A DNA stretch of 20,000 nt. Origin: Chromera velia (lineage: Eukaryota). Made by a program: the position numbers and the translations under genes. Position 1 is the stretch's first letter, and every line of letters begins with the position of its first letter. Location: positions 117,503 to 137,502 of the forward strand of contig JAHBMJ010000190.1 in assembly GCA_018398765.1 (NCBI GenBank), given 5' to 3'. Below, in pieces: positions 1-11,351 of the stretch. The notes beneath the pieces were generated by a model that worked only from the letters and a program-made list of their open reading frames with translations, was not told the origin of the DNA and made no database searches.

Positions 1-752
1 TCTCTTCTGCTGTCACTTCTTCCCTGGGACTCCCCTTCTTGTTATGATCTGCTTCCTGAGAGGAGTCCTGTCGCTCCTTCAGGGAGAGGGAATGAGGAGG
101 GGAAGTGGACGTGGCACAGCCGTCAGATGCGTGCGTGCGCGGTGAAGGAGACGGAAACTTTCGGCTGTGACTGAACAGAGAGAGGAATCCGAATGGGCCT
201 CTGCTGTTGTTGGGGTCTTCCTCCCCAGCTACTCTCTCTTTCTCTGAGAGACTCTCGCTCCTTCTTCCTACTTCGTCTGATGCCTCCTCTTTCTTTTCTG
301 TTTCCCCGGAGGTGGATCGACTCTCTAATGAGGACTGCACTCCCTCGCCGGCTTCTCTCGTCCCTTCTGCGCATTCAGGGTGACGAGAGGTAAAGACAGA
401 ACGGCCCTCCTCTTCCACCTCCCCCTTCCTGCCCTCCCCCCTCTCCTGTTCATGTTCTGGGGAGGAATCGATGAGCCACTGGCGGTGGTAGGAAGCCGTT
501 GCGGCCACAAGTCCGAGTGCGTCCTGCGCACTCTCCAGGTTCCTACTCAGGGCCTGCAAACAAAAGAAGAGAAGAACCTCTAGAGAAAAAGAGAAGAACC
601 AACGACCAAAAAAAAGACCCGATTCAAGACACGAGACCCGCGTTGAAGTATGATTATATAAGTGCAAACGAATGGAGGAAAGCTCAAAAGACAACTCTCA
701 TCACAGAAAGTCCATATTCATTCCTACATTGTATGTCAAATCACACAGCAAC

Positions 753-792
<40 letters not shown>

Positions 793-1959
793 AAGAACAT
801 CGAACTTCTCTGGCATTTTGAAAGAAAAATGACATCATTCCGAGTTCCTCGCTTAACTCCTTCCTGTGCTCCCTCCATCCACTGTTTGAGAAAAGAAAGA
901 TCGACTGGCTGTCTGTGGTCAGAATCGACTCCCTCACTTAAAAGAAAAACGAAGAGCAGAAATTATACTACCGAACAGAGAGAAACCGACAGAAAAGGCG
1001 TTGCAGGCTTTCGCAGAAAGAAAAGAGAGACAGCTGCCTGCCTGCCTGCCTGGCTGACCCCCTCCCAGTATTTGAGGACTGTAGACGACATTGCGCTTCC
1101 CGACTCTGCCCCCACCGCCCAGTGATTCTGCCCCCCCGCGTCTGCACCCTTCTGGAGTCCTCGCATCATCTCCCCTGCCGCCTCCACTGCCTGTACCGCA
1201 TCGACGCACGCACTCTCCCAACGGTCCCAGTCAGACGAAGCCGCCGGAGGCATTTGTGCAGACGGAGACGGAGACGGCCCTCCGAGTGCGTCTGCGGAGC
1301 TGCCGTTCTGAACCTCCCCGCCCCCTTCCCCCTGCTGAACGGTGACCCCTGATACTCCTGGGGGGTGCCTCAGCAGGTTCATCAACAAGGTCACCCCCAG
1401 GTTGTTCAGACCTGCCACTGCATTGGGCGTGGGTGCATATGCCGACTGCCCAAACAACTTGGGCAAGGAAGGGCTCTGCTGAAGGACCCCAATGCTGAAA
1501 GGAGAGGAGGGCAGTACCTGAGGGGGACGAGGCGGCGGCACCAAGAGATGCGGGGGCACTTCTACCCCTCCACGTTGGAATGGCCCTGCGTTGGTTTTTG
1601 CTTCCTCTGCATATGGCCTGGCTGGGCCTGGGTGACCCCCCTCAACATCCGACGAAGTCTGCGCGCTTTCTCTTGCACTCAAGCTGCCCCCCTTCCCTTC
1701 CCCTTTTGCTCTCGACATGATTTCCGTTCTGTGTTCCCTCACTTTCAGAAGAAGTCCCCACAAGGGAGAGAGTAGCTCTGCGGCAGCCCCAGGCCTGCAC
1801 TCACTCACTCACTCACTCACTCATTCATTCCACTAGTTTTGTTCACCAACACACTGACATACAGAGAGGGAGGGAGGGAGACGGCATGCAGGATAGATTG
1901 CGCAAAGAGGAAAGAAGCCATCTGATGTACGTTTGAAAAGAAACAAATGCTTACGCGCG

Positions 1960-1990
<31 letters not shown>

Positions 1991-4900
1991 AGAGTTAGGC
2001 GGACACATACACACAGAGAGAGTGAGGCGGAGTGAAAAAAAAAAGCACCGACAAGTGCCGCTCAAGCCTAGGCTCAAGCATTCCCCCCCCATGACCTCCC
2101 TAACGTTAAACAAACGTGCCTGTCACACAGGGCGAGAGTATTTGCGGCCTCAATGACCGCCCTGGTCGACCCTGCGGATCTCAGCAGATCCCGGGCCGCC
2201 GCCTCTTTCTCCTTTCCCCTGAGTCCATCCCAGTAAAATCTCTCCGTCGTCTCCACAACTCTTTCTTCCTTGCCTCCTCCCGCCTTCCAGTCCTCAGGGG
2301 AAGAAGAAGAAGATAAAAGAGAGGGAGAGAGACTTGAGGGGGGGCAGATCGGAGACGAGAGAGGAGAGGCGAAGTCTTCCTGTCCCTCTTCCTTTCCCTT
2401 TCCCATCTGCCTGTTTTTTTCCTTCCGCGCTTCGCTATCCTCACTGGTGGAAGACGCTTTGAAGGAGGGGGAGGAGGGAGACGGTGCGACGGTCATTCGA
2501 GACCTGAGGTGCTTGATTCCTTGCTCTACTAGTTGGCAGCTGAAGAAAGGAGACAGGAAAAAGAGTGGAGACGGACTCAACCACTTGGTATTTTTTTGCG
2601 TGAAGGACAAAAGGAAGCGCAACAAGTTGAAGGAGAGAATAAGGTTGCAGGGTCAAGCGAAAAAAAAAAGACGAAAAGAGGCGAGGAGACGCCGACTAAA
2701 ATTTACCTACACTGACCGACTTTGCCGGAGAGTCTCGATTAATCTTTCAATGTTCTGTTTCACCGCCTGCCTGCCTTCTTGTCGTCTTTCCTCCATTCTC
2801 TTGGAGTGTCACTTTTCGCCTTCTCACACTCCCCTTTCTTTGTCTTTTTTTTGGCACAGAAGACGGTTAGAAATGAGAAATTCAACAGTTCAGGGATACG
2901 CAACGAACGAGAAAGAAGCGGGAAAGTTCCCCACCCTTTTCCTCTTATCACTTTAATTAAGTTCTTGAAGCCTTTTCTTCCATTCGCATCGGGGGAAAAG
3001 AAAAGAAAAACACTGACCTACCTGTCTTCTCGAAGAAAAGTTGCCGAGGCAGGGCGCACCCCAACTCTCTCCAAATTTTCCCACAGCAACGTCATCGGGT
3101 CAGCAACGTGAGTAGAAGAAGAAGACGCCTGAGAAGAGGAAGACTGGGGAGAATTGGAGGGGGGCGCTGAAGAATGTCCCTCTGTTGACGTTCTGCTCTC
3201 TCTCTGCCCTACCCCCCTTTTCTTACTTGACTTCAACCCGTATGACTGCCCTTCAAGGTGCTCCCCTCCCGAAACAGACGGGGATTTTTCTCTTCCCCCT
3301 CCGTTCTGAGGTGCTGCAGGGCTCTCAGAGACGCCCGCATGCGCCTGCACCGAGTCATCTCTCTCTTTGCGGGAAGCGTATCGCTGCACAATGTGCTGGG
3401 GAGCAGGAGGAGACTCTTCCTCTGCGTTTCTTTCGGATGGGTTTACCTCTGAGCCAGCAGAGACTGAGTCCAACTTCAAGAGAGAGGAAGCAGGAAAAAT
3501 TCTTGTCGACAGGGGGCGAGGAGAGGAGGAGGTTGTTTTCCCGTGGGGCTTGGGGAGGGAAACAGCAATGGGCAGAACGGAGCCTGTCTGCCAGGCCTTT
3601 CCTCTTCCCCCTCGACCCCTTTCCCCTCTGGAGGAAGGGAAGGAAGATGACGGGGGCACAAAGAGAGAGGACAGAGAGACCGACGAAGAAGAGGAAGAAG
3701 AAGGAGATGGTCGCACGACTTCCACAACTTTCAAAACAAAACTTGACGACAAAGAAGAGTCTCCTCTGTCGAGTCCCGAGTCTGCTGAGGGAGCAGCAGC
3801 CTGCTGAGACAGAGACAGAGAAAAGGAGTCCCCACTGGAGGACTTCAGATGAGTGTCGCGATCTGCTGCCCCTGTCTCTTCGGCTTTGGAGTCGATGCTA
3901 GAGGGGGAGTCTACTCTTTCTATAACCAGAAACCGCAGGGCCCCATCCGACTGCACCCCGAGTCCTCCTTTTTTTTCTCCAATCACTCCCTCTGCCCTCT
4001 CTCCTTTCATTCCTGCAATAATCTTTCGAAGAAGGTTTTCATCTGACAGCTGACGAAAAAGAGACCTTTCCTTTGAGGAACGACGGCCCCTCATTGGCTG
4101 GTCAAGTCGATACTCAACTACCGTCTGGTAGCCTGTCGGAGAGTCAGAATGAGACTCAGATTCTAACTGCCCCAGTTCAGCAGGGCGACTGCGTTCTTCT
4201 TCAAGCAACTGCTGCTGCAAGAGGGCGGCAGGGGACGGGGGTGGCCCCCGCGTTCTTTCCTCCCTTCCCCTCTCCTGAATGAAATGAAGTGACTCTCGCT
4301 CCCTCTGCACAGACACAGACAGACTCTCCTTTTCTCTTTCTCTCTGCAAGTGATCTTTTTGCAACGCCTTCCGGAGCGTCCAGTAGAGCGCTGCCCCGCA
4401 CCTCGCCTCGCAGATCATCGCGAGGGCAGAGGGGTCCAGGAAGGGAAGACCCGAGGGGGGCACAGACAATGGACGGAGGGACGCTGAGAGGGCCTCACCT
4501 GCTGCCTCTGTCTGTTTGTGTCCCTGCTGCCCCGGCTGTCTCTTTTCTTTCTCTGCACTACTCTCTTTCAAATTCTTCTCTTCAGAGAGAGACGGTTGCT
4601 GATTTTGGGCCTCCGCCCGCGAAGTGGCAGTTCCCCTTTCTTTCTCTCCCCCTCCTTCACCTTCTGCATGGGGTGCGGCTCTGCCCCTTGCAGCCCCCTC
4701 GTCAGACGGCTGGTGGTGATTTGGGGGAAGTTTATTGCCCCCGTCGTCTGTTTGCTGAACAGGACCATCGTGTTTCGAGGAGGAGGCGGCGGAAGAAGAC
4801 GAAGAAAAAGAAGAAGACGGTCTGTGAAGAGTCTTGCTGAGTATGTCAAATGGAGAAATCGGGTAATCGGGGGGAAGCGCCAAGAGTTCGTCTGCAGGCC

Positions 4901-5720
4901 CGCCCTCCACAGCATTCCAAATACTCGGCCGCTGCCCCTGCCGTATTGCCCCTCCTGACAAGTATCCGTGGAGACCACTTTCAAAACCTTCAGAAGAATA
5001 ACGCCCAACCCCAAACACCCCTGACGGTCCCGACAAGCCGTTTTTTGCAGTGGCTACTGAATCTCCTTCCCTAATGAACAAGTCGCTAAGATCGACCCGA
5101 AAGTTCCCTGCCCCCCCCCTTTGTCTTTCCATCTCTCTTCCGATTTCTCCCAGTCCCTCAGCCTGCCGTCTCTCTCCATCCTCCAAAGGGACTGAAGACA
5201 AAAGAGACGAAGTGACGCTTTCTGAATTCGTTACTCCTCCTTCTTCTGTGGATACACTTTCTCTCCCTTCATTGATTGCTTCAAAAAATTCCGTTTCATG
5301 AACGAATTTAGTGTTCTTCAGACACATGCGAACCCTGGACAGAGCCTCGCGGGCATCCGTCGGTTGGCGGCGGAAGAAAAAGTAAAGCTCGGCAAAGTTG
5401 TGCCACAGCGCCGCCAGGGGTCTGCACGCACGCACAAATATGCGCATACATACATACAAATGCATACATACACACATACATACATACAAGGCCAAATTTC
5501 TCTCTCAATATGCGACAGCGCCGCCAGGGGTCTGCACTCACGCGTGCGCGCACAAATATGCGCATACAGGCATGGATGTGCAAGACATGAAAATCGTCCC
5601 CATCATGCTTGTCGTGAAGATGATGTTGCATACGTCCGTCCCACAAAATGTCCGCACGCTCCTTACAACCCAGCACTGCTAGCACAACTTGTCGACACCG
5701 CACGGCAACCAGACGATCGT

Positions 5721-5751
<31 letters not shown>

Positions 5752-6579
5752 CAGAGACCCTCGAGGAGAGGGGAGGGGAGGAGAGGGGAGGGGAGGTGGC
5801 GTCCTTCCCTTCCGTTCCGTTCGTCTCCTGCTGGACGGACGGACGGACGGACGGACGGACGGACGGACAAACCGGACGTTCATCTCATCTCACTACCCCT
5901 CACTTCTTTCTTTGTCTCCTGCAAGTTCGTTCTCATTTCCTCATCAGTACTCCGTTTGCTCAAGTCTCACTCACTCACTCACAAGAGACGGCGTGCGTCC
6001 CTCTGTTGGTTGCATGGGCAATGGATCAGCTCGAAAGATCGGACGGGCGTCAGCACACACACACCACGCACCCTCTCAGTGGCTCACCCAACGTGAGAGA
6101 GAAAAACAGCAAACAGACCGACCTGTCGTCCTGCCCCCTTGCAGCCTGCCGTACCCAGTGCAGACACTGCCTGAAGATAGAGTCCGCGTCTTTCAGCGTG
6201 TCCGTGTGCTCCGCCCTCGCGAGCAGCGCCGCGGTGGCACTGTCGCAATTGGCACCCGTCAGTTCCATCACCTGCATGAAGTCGGAAGGACGGAGGGAGG
6301 GAGGAATGTCGTCATTTGTCCATCGATCGATCGAGCAATCAAATATTTCAGTAGAATGAATGAATGTGCACCCATCCATCCACAGGTGAAAAAGAAAAGA
6401 AAATGAACATGCGCCAGAAGAGGGTTTGCAGTCGAGATGCGCGTTCAGCCTGCCCGTGCTTATGCCGGCCTTTCTCGCTGACTGACTGGTTGAAAGAAAG
6501 AAAAGAACGAAAGAAAGAAAGAAAGAAAGACAGGCAGACAGACAGACAGAAAGAAAGAAAGACAGAAAGAAAGAAAGAC

Positions 6580-6610
<31 letters not shown>

Positions 6611-6709
6611 GTAGCAAGAAAGAAAGAAAGAAAGAAAAGGAAGGAAGGAAGGAAGGAAGAACGAAAGAAAGAAAGAAAGAAAGAAAGAAAGAAAAAAAGA
6701 AAAAAAGGA

Positions 6710-6749
<40 letters not shown>

Positions 6750-6972
6750 AAAAAAGAAAGAAAAAAAAAAAAAAGAGAAAGAATCAACGTTTCCTTGCCT
6801 GCGTGTCTACTTGCCTGCCTGCCTGACTGACTATTGTCGACTGCGTCCCATGCTGCCCAATTCTCCTCGAGCACGAAAGGAGCGCCTCCCGAAGTTCGTC
6901 GGCCGACTCGTTGTAGTTCCCCATCGCCCTCGATGCAAGACCTGCAGCGTTGCGGGCCTGTACACACGCACA

Positions 6973-7011
<39 letters not shown>

Positions 7012-8629
7012 GACTGTGTATGCAATACACATTCAGCAGAAGCAGAAAAGAGAAAGATTTCCTCCCAGCGTTGCGGAAAGGAAGAGCGGACTCAAAGAAA
7101 TGGTCTCTCTCGTCGCTGGAGGGGAGGAGAGGCCCTCCTCTATCCCGCCCACCCACATGCAGCCTGTCCAGATATACATCTATTTGTGTACACAGAAAGA
7201 AAGAAACATGGATTCTCTTGAAAGGCACTGACTACACTAGTGCACCGACCGACCGACGGACGGACGGACGGACGGACGGACCTGAAATGCCAAGAGGACC
7301 TGGTCATTCTCTGGGCCTAGCACGAGGCCTTGAGAGAGGAGACGGGCGGATTGGCGGTAGCACTCGAGAGCCGCCTGGAGGTCCTCAGATCTGCCCCCCC
7401 CCCCCNNNNNNNNNNNNNNNNNNNNNNNNNNNNNNGGGGGGGGGGGGCACGCAGTGACAAATGAAGAATGTGATGAAGACGCACGCACGCACGCACACGG
7501 GCACACTCGATCAGGAGAGAGATAGAGAACAGAGAGAGAGGACAAGAGATCTGATGATTGATTGGAAGATTCAAGAAGAATGCAAGAGAGAAAGAAGGAA
7601 GGAGGGCAGACGGGTGGACAGAGAGAAGATAAGGAGGGCATGCAGAGGAGAGGAAAGGACCTGCGGGAGGGAACTTGAATACACTCGGAGGGAGGGAGGG
7701 AGGGGGGGAGGGAGGCTGATGAATGAATGAAGAGGGAAGGACATTAGGGCCTAGGGCCAGGGGTAAGGGGATGCATCGGGAGAAGTGTTTGATTGAGCAC
7801 GTAGGACTCACGAGGACTTTTTTGTTGCGGGTGCAGAACGATGAAGTCACTCAATTTGACACAGTGAGCGAAAGGGATAAAGACGTGACTGATTGGCCTG
7901 TGCGGTTACAGAAAGAGAAGCAAGGACAGACGAGCAGATCGAGCTCAACGGAGGATTTGAAGTTCTGTCCACCTCTATGAAGGCATAACTGGCAGTGGGA
8001 AACAGAAGAGAAGACAGGGGTGCATGGGAAGGGATCATTGCAGTACTGATCAAGCAAACAGAGGATGTCGGAAGAAGGGAAAGGAGGAAGTCAGCTTAAC
8101 TGTTGACACACAGACCGACGGACCGACCTTGCGGCCTCGATGCTGGGTGACTGGAAATGGTCCCCGAACGACGAGGAGGAGGAGATGGATCGTGAGTGGA
8201 AGTGGACAGGGCGCCGAGAGCGAGGGACAGAGGCAGAGAGTCCTCCCCTCAGCACCCCCACCCTCACAGGACGCATAGGTATTGCCGTACGATGACAGGC
8301 CCCCCTCCACGAGTCCCGTCTGAGTCCCTGCCTGTCAACCCAGAGGAGGGCGTAGCGAAGGGCAGAAGAGGAAGACGAAGAAGAAGGAGGAAGTTCACGG
8401 AGTAGGCGGGAGGACTGGGCTAGCCGCCTCAGGGGGGCACTACTGTTGCCACCACGCCCCCACACACATGACCCCGAAACACACTGTGGACCCAACATAC
8501 CCCTCACTGCCTGTTGTCCTTTGTTCTTCTTTCCTCAGGTCAGAGAGCGTCCATGGAGAAACCTTCGTGATCAGACTGGACAGGGGCTCGTCGCTCCCTG
8601 ATAGACCATCCTTCCTCGAGGCAGACAAA
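1..8629 (-). CDS. Gene A: large multi-exon protein with TPR-like helices and long low-complexity inserts; 3' end runs off the window start, 5' end unresolved
   Basis: Phase-consistent exon chain read by hand: 7390-7282 (SEDLQAALECYRQSARLLSQG...), 6957-6832 (ARNAAGLASRAMGNYNESADELREAL...), 6271-6123, 5421-3022, 2539-2120, 1794-1059, 553-<1 (open to the window edge). All have YAG acceptors and GT donors except a probable GC donor at 2119. Less certain upstream exons: 8629-8501, 8442-8128, 7897-7812. The link from 7812 to 7390 needs another exon that I could not fix. The TPR call comes from motif resemblance only. Confidence 0.75.
756..789. repeat. (GA)n microsatellite, intronic
   Basis: Direct reading of the sequence. 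Confidence 0.97.
1954..1991. repeat. (CG)n(CA)n compound microsatellite, intronic
   Basis: Direct reading; alternating purine-pyrimidine tract. Confidence 0.95.
3022..5421 (-). CDS. Gene A large internal exon (2400 nt, Ser/Glu/Gly-rich)
   Basis: Matches the 825-aa ORF 3018..5495. Acceptor gtgcgtgcag at 5422-5423 and donor ag|gtaggt at 3021. Phase 2 at both ends fits the neighbouring exons (GQDD-R-PLAALWHNFAELYFF; REDS-CQLVEQG). Confidence 0.85.
5405..5568. repeat. Direct repeat (110 bp apart) spanning a gene A splice acceptor
   Basis: acagcgccgccaggggtctgcac...cgcacaaatatgcgcataca at 5405-5448 and 5515-5568. Confidence 0.93.
5721..5868. repeat. (GACA)n, (GGGGA)n and (GGAC)n microsatellite cluster, intronic
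   Basis: Direct reading of the sequence. Confidence 0.9.
6492..6780. repeat. (GAAA)n-dominated purine tract, intronic
   Basis: Direct reading; source of the spurious KER-rich and FFLS-rich ORFs. Confidence 0.97.
7406..7435. other. Assembly gap (30 N) flanked by poly-C and poly-G
   Basis: C run 7394-7405, N run 7406-7435, G run 7436-7447. Confidence 0.99.
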
Positions 8630-9122
8630 CTTCAAGTGAATTGAAGAATACAACCAGCTTACAGTCTCCTTCTGCTCGCTTTCCGTATGTGAGATTGTGT
8701 CACGGATACCACTGGGAGGACTGTCTGAGGACGTGTGCCAGTCTGTGAACCGTCAGCCGGGTGCAGGTTCAACCAATGCCTGGCATCTGCACCTGAGAAG
8801 ACAGTGGGAAAGACCTGCGGACCGAGGCTGCGAGCTCAGTGTAAGCCTCAGTCTGCCATAGTCTGCCTGCCATGCAGCTCATGCTTGGCATGCAAGTGCC
8901 CCACGCGCGCTTCGCTTTCCGGGGCCATGCATGCACCGCAGTGGCAAACCAACTTCGTACATTGGTGCCCACTCAATGCAGTGCTGAACTGCCGTAGAAT
9001 TTGGTGAGCTGAGATGCATGAGCAGAATATGAGCAGATGAACCTGAATGCTTTCCAGCTTCTGAGACGCCTCTGCGAGCGGGAGAGAAAAGGGAACTTGA
9101 TTTTGTGTCGGGGGGGTGGAAG

Positions 9123-9675
9123 ATGAAGATCGAAGAGATGAACTCTCTGCCTCCGGAGACGGCAGTTGAGGAGTTCATGAAAGTGTGCCACTCCTCCAAG
9201 TGGGCCCTCAAAATGGCATCCCGGAGACCCTTCCGGTCAGTCAGCTTGCCGCCTGAGCTGCAACCCAAAAGGCGTTGTGATATTATCCCAGAAAAGCGGA
9301 TCTCAGAAGGTAATGAAAAGAAGAGACGGCTGCAGGCAGCCTTGTTTTTTCGTGCCCTTGCCAGCCTTTAGCCATGCGTTCCTGGCCTCAGCTTGCCCGT
9401 TCCCCCCAGAGGTCCAGTGCTCAAAAGGGCGTCTCTTTTTGTGCTCTCCCAATGTCCCTCTCTGTTTGGCATGAAAGTGATCAGATGGTCTCTTACATGT
9501 GTCGTTCTCTTCATGACCGTCTCAGCAGTCTTGTCTCTGTGGCCGTCTCATCTCTTTCCCTCTCCCACTTTCTCTTTTCCTCTGTCTTCCTCTTCCTCTC
9601 TCCATCTCACTCTCTCACTCTCTCACTCTCTCTCTTCCTCTCCCACTTTCTCTTTCCCTGTGTTTTTTTCTTCCT

Positions 9676-9719
<44 letters not shown>

Positions 9720-10244
9720 GCTCTTTTTCACCCCACCCCACCCCCTTCTCTCTGTCTCTCGCTCTCTCTGTGTATGTGAATGTATGTATGTATGTGTGTA
9801 TGTGTGTCTTCTTTCTCCTGTATCTCTGTGCTGTCTCTCTCCCTCTCTATCTGCTGGGAGTGGGCGGTGTCGGAGGAGGAGGACCTTCTGGAGGCCTTCG
9901 AGGGCCACCCCCGGATTGGAGACGTCGAGACGCTCCGCCAGAAGTTTGCAGCCACGGCCGACCTGTGTGCGAGTGAGCAGCAGGGCAGCGTGGGGGCGTC
10001 AGAGGAGACTCTTTTGGAATTGAAGAGGCTCAACGACGTGTACTTCGATGCCAACGGTTTCATTTTTATCGTCTGTGCCACTGGGAAATCTGCCCAAGAG
10101 ATGCTAGACATTTTGAAGGGCAGAGTCGGAACAGACAGACAAGAAGAGCTCCGCGTGGCCGCAGGAGAACAGTCAAAGATCACCAAGATCAGATTGCGAA
10201 AGCTTTTTTCGGAGTTGCAGTCAGAAAAGGCAGCAAGAATGTAA
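9123..10244 (+). CDS. uraD: OHCU decarboxylase (2-oxo-4-hydroxy-4-carboxy-5-ureidoimidazoline decarboxylase); exon 1 about 9123-9235/9239, last exon about 9861-10244
   Basis: Exon 1 MKIEEMNSLPPETAVEEFMKVCHSSKWALKMASRRPF is followed by a GTCAGT donor. The last exon has the family motifs EDLLEAFEGHPRIG (catalytic His), SEQ, LNDVYFDANGFIFIVCATGKSAQEML and ELRVAAGEQSKITKIRL, with TAA at 10242-10244. The exact junction is unresolved. Confidence 0.93.
9548..9850. repeat. (CT)n and (TG/TATG)n low-complexity tract in the uraD intron
   Basis: Direct reading; includes the repeated segment ccctctcccactttctct. Confidence 0.9.
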
Positions 10245-10479
10245 CTTCTCTCACAAAAAATCAACTACATCTAAAAGCAGTATTTTTTTTTTTAATTTGA
10301 TTTAATCTAGGATTTAATTTAATTTATTTGAGTTACTTAAAGCCGGCGAGCTGCGTCTAGAACTTTGGCCAATCATACATAGATTATATTATTTATGTGC
10401 AGAGTTTTAACCAGAGTTTTAACTAATGCAGGAAGACGAACAACTCAACACTGATTTTTGAGGCATTCTGCTATGACGT

Positions 10480-11351
10480 TAATTCATTCTGGCCCAGATT
10501 CTAACCCAGATTCCGGAACAGAGCTGAAACCCTGAAAGCAAAACCACCATCTCCTGGATATTTTTTTCTCTCTTGAAAGTTCTAGCCTCTCTAGTCTTTT
10601 TCTTTTCATATTTTTGTTCTTTTCTCTGCAAGTCTTAGTGCAAGATGCGCGCCCATGCTTGGAGTGGCTACCCCTTTAAGACTGTTGCTAAGACTGTTTT
10701 AGAATCTGTAATGTCATCATCATTCTACTGCCTTCTAGTGTTCGGCGCGATGCCAAACGCACTGCATGCCGTATGCACCGGCAGTATAACCCTAGACATA
10801 ACCAGCCAAATGGACAACCTCAAGGCTTCAAGTTGCTAGAAGGCTTGGCTAGCTAGTCCCGATTGCGGAGTCTAACTTGGGTTTGTTTGGCAGCGCGAGG
10901 GGCTCACGCCACCTGACACAGGATTTTGTGTGTTGCTGGCTTTCGGGGGCAGATGTGGAAAGGCCCAACAGACCCTTAGATAGAAGTTCTCACAAAATGC
11001 TGACGGAATCGATTTATCAGTGGGGGCTGTGCTTTTTATATTTTGCAGTGTACAGCGTAATACCGGGTGTATGGCTGGCCTAAATTACTGCTTAATTAAA
11101 GTCTCTTAATCAACATTCCGGTGTGCTTCTAGTCTTGGTTCTAGATGTACTTTATAGAATCAAGTATCATTAAATTCACTCCATAAATAAAAAAATAGCT
11201 TCTAGAAGTACTTTAATTACGCGTCCCGGGCTTTTTAATATCCATTCTAACACCATGCCATATCAGTATCTTTGTTTGGAACTTTCTTTTCGGGTTGCCC
11301 CCTCAGGCTTTTCCCATCAAGTAGCTTCTTGGGTAGCCTCGCACATTCCCA
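10480..11351 (-). pseudogene. Decayed coding sequence, possibly a transposon or multicopy-gene relic, with many TAG/TAA stops
   Basis: One minus-strand frame reads as protein-like with no evident frameshift for about 285 codons (FYKVHLEPRLEAHRNVD*ETLIKQ*FRPAIHPVLRCTLQN; QLEALRLSIWLVMSRVILPVHTACSAFGIAPNTRRQ*NDDD). By hand count, TGA occurs once in this frame versus about 12 and 3 times in the other two minus frames. Composition differs from the flanks. Confidence 0.6.

Noticed and set aside
6123..6271. Resemblance of this exon to ST7-family proteins
   Set aside because: The similarity is short and explainable by generic TPR-like helices, so no gene symbol was assigned.
5298..6406. Plus-strand ORFs of 353 and 252 aa
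   Set aside because: They are antisense to gene A and run through microsatellites, with no recognisable domain.
6050..7228. Long ORFs 6050..7228 (-) and 6364..7221 (+)
   Set aside because: They are open mainly because of stop-free (GAAA)n and (CA)n tracts. Only the spliced exons on the minus strand are credible.
10337..11237. Terminal inverted repeats around the AT-rich island (aaagccggcgagc vs gcgtcccgggcttt)
   Set aside because: The match is short and imperfect, and the decayed reading frame extends beyond the right-hand candidate.
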